Below are positions 54,478-64,000 of a DNA stretch of 64,000 nt, piece by piece. The notes under the pieces were generated by a model. The model was not told the DNA's origin. It saw only the letters and a list, made by a program, of their open reading frames with translations, and did no database searches. Within the stretch, counting starts at the first letter, position 1; each line of letters opens with the position of its first letter. Source of the stretch: Eledone cirrhosa (taxonomy: Eukaryota); assembly GCA_964016885.1 (NCBI GenBank), contig OZ024741.1, forward strand, positions 362,328,001-362,392,000, given 5' to 3'. The position numbers and the translations under genes are program-made.

Positions 54478-54744
54478 TTAAAAACTTTTTTGTATAGCAA
54501 ACCATGTAAACCTTCTTTCCTGATTTATTATTACTCCAAGTGTTTATAACATAGGAATTACGGCATACCCGCAGCATCACCATGAAAACGCCTTGTTGAG
54601 TCAAACCAAGCCAAGCGTTAATATCATCCACTACCTGGAATACCATAACTGGACTTCACCTAAGTGGAATGCATTTAACTATTTGTTAATCCGTATATCT
54701 AGCTCCCACCTGGTCGAGCAACACCATTAACGCACGGCAACAAC

Positions 54745-57129
54745 ATGGAGAAGCACTGTATAGGTATGTCACTAAAAAACATACCTGTACCTACAAAAAA
54801 GGAATATACACTGGGCATGATACGACGGACTAATGATTTCATCCGCAGGGTCTGATGAAAAGCTTACCATTTCGATAAGGGACCGAATACTAACGGAAGG
54901 GAATTTTCCAAGGAGAATTACGGGTTTAAATCCTGCAAAAACCCGCCAAACAACCCCGCACTCGATGCCTTCGAGCTGGACCTTATGAACATGATAAGTG
55001 AAACTAAATTTAAAAAAAGAACAAATCACAACAAATTGCAAAATGACTTAAATACATTACTTAGAAAACTAAAAGACACTAACGGTATCATAGTAAAAGC
55101 AGACAAAACATCAAACGTATACTCTATGGACATTAACACATACAATAACTTTATTCAGCGTGAACTACATAAAAAATATAAAAAAACAAATGAATCTACA
55201 CTCACCAGCATTAACATGGAGGGCCTCAAGATAGTTAATAAACTCGGAATTTCAGATAGGACCGAACCGCTTACCCCGTGCAACCCTACATTTAACCTGA
55301 AGGATCACAAAAATAACTTTGAAACTAATCCCACCATTAGATTAATATGCCCATCCAAGTCAGACATAGGTAAAATTAGCAAGAACATTCTAGATAGGGT
55401 AATCGCACAAATAAAGGGCAAACTAGAAATCAATTTATGGGGCAACACTAACGAGGCAATTAAATGGTTCAATAAAATACAAAATAGGGAGACATGTAAC
55501 TTCATACAATTTGATATAGACGACTATTATGCATCCATATCCCCAGCTACCCTAGATAAGGCGCTTATATTTGCCCAAAATAACTCTGATCTTACCCATG
55601 ATGAAATTGAAATAATAATAGCGGCTAGAAGGACTATCATAAAATTTGAAAATAACTACTGGGTAAGAAAGGATAGAATAAATAGCTTCGATATAACAAT
55701 GGGATCAAATGATTCTGCGCAAATCACAGATATCGTGGGGCTATTCATAGCACACAACCTACATAAGGAATTCAGTAACCTCCAAGGAGGAATTTATAGG
55801 GACGACACGTTACTTATAGCTAGGAACCTAAACAACCAGAGCATGGAAAGACTAAGGAAAAATATTAGAATATTCTTCAAAAAACTAGACCTAAGTATTA
55901 CCTACGAACTAAACCATAAGAAGGTAAATTTTCTAGATGTAACTCTAAATCTAAATACTGGATTAATAGAACCTTTCCACAAAAATAATGAAAATCTTGC
56001 CTACAATAGTTACAACTCAAATCACCCCAAATCCATAATTAAATCCATAGCACGTAGTATATCCCTCCGAATATCCCGCTTATCCTCAAACCTAGAAATC
56101 TTTAACGAGCATGCTGACTATTATAATGCAGCATTAAGTAGGGCCGGTCATAAAGATAAACTACAGTATATAGTGAATAAGGACAACATAAACAATCCTA
56201 GTAATTACTACTCCAACCGCTCACATAATAATAGGAATAGCTTGACTAGACATAGGGTTAGACATGTAACACCTGGGGTAAACGGCCAAAACACTAATAA
56301 TGTAAACCCAAGAAACAATAGAAGAAACAGACAAAGAAAATACCTATGGTTCAACCCAATATTCAACTCCTCTATAAAAACTAGACTGCCCTCTACATTC
56401 TTTAAACTAATAGATAAACACTTCCCTATCTCGCATAGATATCACAAAATACTCAATAGATCTACTATAAAACTCTCATTCTCAACAGCAGCTAACATAG
56501 AATCACACATACGCAAGATCAACCACAGGAATATCTCTAGTAAATCAATTGCACCTATACATAAGCACAAACTCATCACAACATCACGACCACAAGCGCA
56601 TACAAACGCGCAGCAGCAAAACCCCATTGGGCATATATCACAACCCACTTATAACAGAGTACTAAACAGGAATGTAAAAGCTGCACAAAATAGCGCCTCA
56701 AACTGTAACTGTCACCTCCCAGATAGGTGCCCATTGGCGAACAGATGTCTCGATTCGAGCCTGGTGTACATGTGCACTGTCATCTCGGGTAACTCCACCT
56801 GGAATTACATTGGATCCACCGCGGGTTCTTTTAAGAAAAGATGGTATGTGCACAGGCACTCAATGAAAAACCGTGCACTTATGGGTTCCACCACCCTCGC
56901 CAAAAAAATATGGGAATTGAAGGACAGCAACACTAACTACAGTATCAACTGGTCAAAGTTGTCGGCTGCTAAAACCTATAGTACAGGGATGTCCCATTGC
57001 GGGCTGTGTGATCTTGAGCTATTGTATATCCTTAGAAATGTTAAAAGGCTACTTAACAATAAGTTAGAAAGATCTATCTTCTGCAGACATAGAATAGCCA
57101 CTAAATTCATAAGATTCAAACCTCCGTGA
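54745..57129 (+). CDS. Penelope-like RT + GIY-YIG polyprotein (794 codons; two adjacent in-frame TGA at 54853-54858, open from there to the end)
   Basis: SLKNIP, YGFKS, ADKT, LKDHK, FDI, MGS, YRDD, FLDV, SNHP, WFNP, CNCx5CPLx3C, LVY..YIG, CGLC..CRH. Confidence 0.9.
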
Positions 57130-57449
57130 ATCGAACCAACATAACATAGCTTTAAATTAGGATACCTACTACCCACAGAAATATATTCATTAAGTATACT
57201 ATATCCTTCACAAGTCTATACCACACAATTGTCTGTAAGTACCTCATCTACCAACAATCTTACTCCTTCTCAGCTGCTGCCATCATTTGATCCTAAATCC
57301 TAGTTTTTCTTATTTCACTACTACAATGTTACTTTACCTTCTTTTTGCCATAATTACAATTAGCACGCTTTTCTCTTTGCATGTATGTATATTTTTGTAC
57401 GAGTGTATATTGATGTGTATGTTTGTGTCTATGTACACATGCATGTGTA

Positions 57450-57601
<152 letters not shown>

Positions 57602-57982
57602 TAAATATATGCGTATATTAATTCGTTAACCTCTGTATTAACTCTACAACTATTTAGCTTTGACAGTGGTCCCACTCATGTATACTGTTGAAGATGAAGA
57701 GAAAGACTGTAAAAACTAGCTTATCTTTATAATTTAAAATTGATATACACTACGATACTTTGTACATGCCAACGCTTCATTTTGCCTTATGACAGCTAGT
57801 TTTACACGCCGTAACATTAGATACATTATATACCCCCCACCTAAGTAATGTCAGGGTTTCCTTAAATAATTTATTGATAGCATTGTTGTAATTGTTGTTA
57901 TTGTTCTAATTGAATGCCATTACTACTTCATATAGTAGCCTGTATTTTCTTTTCTTTTCTTGCCTGTGTGTTTTCTTCATTC

Positions 57983-58101
57983 TCGCATGCTCCGAAGATC
58001 TGCCTGGTTATAATTCTGTATTGGCGATCGAGTAACGCAAAATTAAGCGAATAGCGATCTCTAGACATACCAGTTCAGTGAAACAAATGTAAGCTATGTG
58101 A
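57983..58101 (+). ncRNA. Second copy of the CCGAAGA hammerhead variant (3' pLTR)
   Basis: Same fold as 54359-54477 with a stem-II substitution. Confidence 0.55.
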
Positions 58102-58316
58102 TTAAAAACTTTTTTGTATAGCAAACCATGTAAACCTTCTTTCCTGATTTATTATTACTCCAAGTGTTTATAACAGGAATTACGGCATACCCGCAGCATC
58201 ACTATGAAAACGCCTTGTTGAGTCAAACCAAGCCAAGCGTTAATATCATCCACTACCTGGGAATACCATAACTGGACTTCACCTAAGTGGACTGCATTTA
58301 ACTATTTGTTAATCCG

Positions 58317-58501
<185 letters not shown>

Positions 58502-58710
58502 TTAAGTATCGAGAGAGAGAAAAAATGGAAAGATGGGCGTTACATATATTTAGTTGCCAATAGTTTATGCATATGTGCTTAATACTCGTGCCTACAGGGT
58601 TAAATATTAGAGGCGTCAATATTTAGTGGGCGAGAAAAAAATAAGCAGAGCGATTATAAAGCAAATGAATACAAGGAGTTTAAAACCGTAAGAACATGTT
58701 TATATAACAG

Positions 58711-58753
58711 TGCGCCTATGTACGTTTCGCCCGGAATGGGCTTATCAAGGGCA
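58711..58753 (-). ncRNA. Minimal hammerhead, U3-A8 variant (stem III mutated)
   Basis: UGCCC-UUGAUAA-GCCC auucc GGGC-GAAAC guac AUA-GGCGCA. Confidence 0.6.
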
Positions 58754-61355
58754 TGGAAAACAAAACAATGATCAATATAGGACCCAGGAGGGATTTCACA
58801 GTTAAATTAACATCATAGTTCATTCTTCTCCTCTGTGCATGTGTTGTTATTATCGCAGAGCAGGGGGATTAACTCTGGCCGGTGTTCAAACAATCCATTC
58901 CCATTTAGATTTGTATACCTGTTCATATGCTGGTGTTTAGCATCTTTATATATTATGTGTGTTGTTTCACTAGTGCCAGTACAGGTTGGGTCTGGGGTGT
59001 ACATTTATTATTTAGTGGATGTTGCTTCACTAATGCTTGTTCGAGCATGGCCTGCGATGTACATTTGGTTCACAGATGTTTGTTCATACCGCCTGCCCAC
59101 CGGGGTGTTATGGTTAGTGCAGGGGGACCCAGTTCGTAGTTTTCATGTCGAAGTCGCTTCCCAGGCAAAATACGACGCCTGCACCCGGTGTTTACAATTT
59201 ATGACTGATTCTGCTCGGCTGTTTATTAGCTCGTGGGGTATTCTTATGATGTAGTACAGCTCCATGAGGCAGAGCTGGCATTTCCCCTTGAAGTTGTAGG
59301 GTGCAGCCCTACCGACAATATCCCAGTGTGTGGAGAAGCTTATGTTGGCGTCTTGTAATGTGGTGACGTAGTTGGCAAGCGATGTGGAGTGCCTTAGTTT
59401 TTTGTTCCTGAAAGAGTGGAGATGCGTTCTAAATCTCGTTTTAAACTGGCCAGAGGTGGCTACTACGCATCGATCTCCCCCATACTCCTAAATGAAGCGC
59501 TTATCCTAGCTAAGTCTAATACTAGCCTCATAAGAAAGAGATAGACATAGTGCTCGCAGCGCGTAGAACTATTATCAAGTTCGATGGCTCATACTGGACC
59601 AGAACCAACCGTCTTGATAACTTCGATATCACGATGGGGTCCAGCGACTCGGCGCAAGTAACCGACCTGGTCGGGATATACCTCCTCCATAGAATTAGGG
59701 ACGAGATACCGGCCCTACAGGGCGGGGTATATAGGGACGATGCCCTGTTTACCGTGCGAACCCACAGCCCCCGCAGGATAGAGAACCTTAACAAGCGTAT
59801 ACACAGGTTCTTCAAGACATATGGCCTATTAGTGACCATGGACCTCAACCACCAAATAGTCAATTTCCTAGACGTAACCCTGGAGTTGAGCACGGGCCTA
59901 TACAAACCATACCATAAGCCCAGTGAGATCCTGTCTTATATAAACTATGCATCTAACCACCCTAAGTTTACTCTCAACTCCATAGTATATAGCATATCCC
60001 ATAGGATCTCGAGGCTCTCCGCCAATGAAGATATCTTCAACCAGGCGGCCAAATATTACAATAAGGCTTTACTAAATGCCTGTTTTAACCGGAGAATCTC
60101 CTACATCCTTAACGCTAGCTCTAGAAACCAACCCCAACATATGACTAATGTTATAGTGAGCCATACCTATAACAGAGCACGCTACAGTCATGACAGCGTC
60201 AATAACTATAGTATAGAGAACCACACTAAGAAACTTGGCCACACCGTTAATTACACGAGTGGCGACCAAGACAACCGACAATATGGTAAGTGTTACCCGA
60301 TTGGTAACGCCACCCGCTGCAGCCTATTGGAATTATTCCTTAACTATAGGATCAGCAACGGCGGCGGCCTATTACCAACACCCTCCAACCCGCGTCTAGC
60401 CACACATAAAAATTACGGAGGGAAGGCGCCCCTACCTGAACATAAAGTAATGGGGACACATAACTGGCTACAGCACAGGAACAACCGTAAGTACTGTCAA
60501 CTAGGAAGCACAACCTGTAGCAAACCCACTGTAAAGCGGAAAAGCCACCGTAATATCCTATGGTTCCACCCCACCCCCATTCACCCCCTACTCTCGGAGT
60601 GTGGCCTCCGACATAGCGAAGATATTCTTCGAAGCCTTGGAGAGGAATTTCCCACCTAAACATAAATACAGAAAAATACTTAACAGGAACAATATCAAAA
60701 TATCCTTCTCTACCACCCCCAATCTAGCTGACACCATAGGAGCAACTAATCACAGTACGATCAACAAAACATTACACCTTAGCACAGAGACATCTAGACC
60801 TAACAACAACACTAATAACCTTAACATCCCCCTAACAGCACCAAACAGGGTTGGTGGCAGCCCCGGCAGACGAAACCCACGTAACCAGGGCGTGATTGGA
60901 GAATATACCGGTGACCCACATGCGTCACCCACCGGCAACAGAACGGGCTGCGGAGTGCGGAGTGATAATGGTATAACACCGCACGCCTCGAGAGATAACA
61001 GTACCAATAACCGAGTTAGAGACATAGATAACAACATAGGTAGCATAGTAATAGCTTTACTTCAGGAACTAGGAGCGACCGAGACGGAAAATGCAACTGT
61101 CGTGACAGGGGAGGCTGCCCTCTCAGGGGAAACTGCCTGACTGATAAGGTTATTTATAGGTGGACCGTAACTAGCCATAGCGGAGTTAATATATAGGGGC
61201 CACCTCTGGCCAGTTTAAAACGAGATTTAGAACGCATCACCACTCTTTCAGGAAGAAAAAACTAAGGCACTCCATATCGCTTGCCAACTACGTCACCACA
61301 TTACAAGAAGCCAACATAAGCTTCTCCATTATACTGATCATTGTTTTGTTTTCCA

Positions 61356-61398
61356 TGCCCTTGATAAGTCCATTCCGGGCGAAACGTACGTAGGCGCA
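61356..61398 (+). ncRNA. Minimal hammerhead, U3-A8 variant
   Basis: UGCCC-UUGAUAA-GUCC auucc GGGC-GAAAC guac GUA-GGCGCA. Confidence 0.72.
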
Positions 61399-61447
61399 CT
61401 GTTATATAAACATGTTCTAACGGTTTTAAACTCCTTGTAATCATTTC

Positions 61448-61538
<91 letters not shown>

Positions 61539-61541
<3 letters not shown>

Positions 61542-62439
61542 ACCCAGGACTGCAGCTCAGTCAAAGAGACGAGCTGCGGAAAGGCCCGTCTGACAAACGG
61601 CAACCACACCTGTTCACCGTTTAGGCAGAATATCTGGAGATGCTACAGCCTCAGCGCGTGTCTGCGCATCATTAGCGACGGCATGCTCAGCCTTCCACGT
61701 AGAGGGTGCTGGCAGCAGATGGACCGCCTCACCAACGGAACCTGACCCCTCCACAAGAATAGAATTTGAAGCGGAGCCGCGAACGGGGGCAAGGGACGAC
61801 GGTCAGGGATAGTAGATGACGCACGCGATGTACACGTTCGCCACCTCCGACCGACTTTTTTGTAATAGCTTCCTCGCAGCCCATTTCTGGGTGAGACTCG
61901 CTACCCTGCCCGTCACCTCGTCTTAATTCTTATCCACCTTGAGGTCTGGCCCGAACCAAACCCCGAGCAACTTTAACCGGTCCGTCCGTCCAGCGCCCAA
62001 CGACGCTGTTGGACGGCATGGACTTGCCTCTCCAGGTGCCGAGTTGCAAGCCCACTGACTTTTCCGGGTTAAGTTTTGCTCCCGTCAACCTTTCATAGTC
62101 CTCCAATAAGTAGCCGACTACCTCGATTTTTGAGGTGTCCGACACCATCACGGTGATGTCATCCGCATAAGCCGACACAGCCTTTCCGCGTCCCGGTTCG
62201 AGCGGGATGCCCTGCAACAGCTCCAGCTTCCGCAGTAAAGGCTCGAGAGTCAATACGTACAGAAGGGAGGAGAGAGGACACCCTTGACGGACCGATCGGG
62301 AGATCTGAAATGATTCCGAGAGGTGGCCATTAATTTTGACCACTGAGCAGATGCCTCTGTGCATTGCAGCGATCCAGCTTCTGAAGACGGGGCCGAAGCC
62401 AGCCGCCTTGAGGACAGCCTCCAGGTACCGATGGTCGAC

Positions 62440-62441
<2 letters not shown>
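61539..62441 (-). mobile_element. Internal RT fragment of a Tx1/L1-type LINE
   Basis: VRQGCPLS, AYADD, EKSVGLQLGTW; homologous to 36570-37145; (TA)n on both sides. Confidence 0.88.
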
Positions 62442-62535
<94 letters not shown>

Positions 62536-62538
62536 AGA

Positions 62539-62574
<36 letters not shown>

Positions 62575-62959
62575 TCATTTCAGTTTGGTGGTTCACCACT
62601 GTATAGAACTGGTCATTCAGTATAATTAATCATGATATAATAGTAGGAAAAGCACTCGACGTTACGCAACTCATCCATTTTTTTATGTTGAATCCTGTTG
62701 TTGGTGCCGGAATGGAGTTAATTATTATTGAGTAAAATGACAGACCAGACACGTGAAATTCCTTCAAATTTTTATTTCTGCAAACACTATGTGCAGGTTA
62801 CGAGGGATCCTGTTGACATCATCAGGTGTGTATTGCATAATAGTTATATAATGAAGGAATAATGGTAAGCACATTCCAAGAATCTATAAGGAGAAAAAGC
62901 ATAGAAAAAATGTTTTTGACTCGAAGGCGATCATGTGGGCCAGTTGTCGATACTACTAC

Positions 62960-64000
62960 TAATAATAATAATAATAAAGATTTCATTTATTGGCCACAAG
63001 AGCTGACATATAGGGGACAATACAACAGACTGGGACAGTGGGGGTTTACATATACAACGTGTAAACAATAATAACAATAACAAAATAACAAGAAAAATTC
63101 CCCAATAGAGGGGATGACCACCCAGGGTTCACTCAGGTACCCCACCAATCCTGAACGACCCGACACTTCAAGAGCACCCGGGAAGGGCACCCCTCTCTTC
63201 CTCAAATTCACCCACCTACAGGCGCATGATCAGAGTAGGCCCACTCACACGGGCCATTCTCACCACATTCAGCCACCTTTCAGCAAATTTACTGGGGGGG
63301 GGGGGCATTTCTCTCTCCACCCTCACCTTCCTTTCCAAGTGAAACTTGAAAAAGCTGATGAGGGATTGGCCGAAGAGAAAAGTGTCTGTCTTCAGTCCTT
63401 TCAACCTCGTCCACCATACAACTTTGCCTGCCCTTCCTGGCCAAAAGAAAGCGGCAGGTCGATCTTCACTATGGACTCGGCCGATAGCCGGATCCGTTCT
63501 ACACGCGACAACAGCTGTTCAACATAAATCCACAAGTCAATAATGACGGACACTGGACGAGTGCGTGCAGAACGATTTCGTCGCTCTGCACGCATCTCGG
63601 ACAGGTCCGTCTGACAGCACTTCCGTGCATGTAGAGTTTATCTCGAACCGGCAGTGCCCCTCGGTAGCACTGCCAAGCGAGGTATTTTTGGAAATTATCC
63701 ATCGTCCCCGGCTCGAAAGTTCTCTGGAACAGACTGATTAGTTCAACTTCGTCGACACCCAGAGCCTCTCCGAGTGCGTCGTCGCCCTTGCCCACCACTA
63801 ATCATCTATAGAATTCTAGAGTCGAAGTTCCACTGACCGTATTGCCCACCTGGTAGAGGGAAGTGAGTGCCTGGCAGCATTCCAGATGCCAGTCACCCAG
63901 TCTTGGTCCCTTCTTGACCCAGGACTGCAGCTCAGTAAAAGAGACGAGCTGCGGAAAGGCCCGTCTGACAAACGGTGACCACACCTGTTCCCCGTTTAGG
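62960..64000 (-). mobile_element. Tx1/L1-type LINE 3' portion (runs off the window end)
   Basis: ALPVRDKLY..CPRC..H...QC, FFKFHL; AATAAA and (ATT)n tail at ~62960-62975. Confidence 0.88.

Noticed and set aside
54852-54890. CTGATGA motif as a hammerhead core
   Set aside because: No GAAA or stem architecture; it arises from the two stop codons inside the Penelope ORF.
58203-58245. SECIS-like hairpin (ATGA..AA) in the Penelope pLTR
   Set aside because: 3' side lacks the GA of the quartet, and the ORF has no UGA at Cys positions.
62770-62832. Minus-strand CTGATGA..CGTAAC hammerhead candidate
   Set aside because: Stem II does not pair and GAAA is altered; at most a heavily decayed relic.

Overview
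AT-rich, microsatellite-laden animal genomic DNA; the repeat repertoire looks cephalopod (octopus)-like, which is an inference. One host gene is visible: the first four coding exons of a clan-2 cytochrome P450 on the minus strand (45116-44750, 41067-40842, 21755-21629, 20726-20570), whose GT/AG junctions and phases join in frame. The I-helix and haem exons are not in the window. Most of the remaining identifiable sequence is mobile DNA: five RTE LINE copies with (GAT)n tails inside (TA)n tracts, three R4/Dong RLE LINEs in (ATT)n tracts, four Tx1/L1-type pieces, several Naiad-type Penelope-like elements (one nearly intact), five non-autonomous Helitrons, a decayed Merlin transposon, SINEs and MITEs. 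The main signals outside the ORF track are three. (1) About 14 type I hammerhead ribozyme folds, including five with a compensated U3-A8 core and two with a U4C core and a large stem-II insertion. (2) A 2-kb ORF-less foldback element carrying a hammerhead in each ~690-bp arm. (3) Three insertions of Dong elements into the (ATT)n tails of two Tx1-type LINEs. All structures were folded and aligned by eye; no searches were run.
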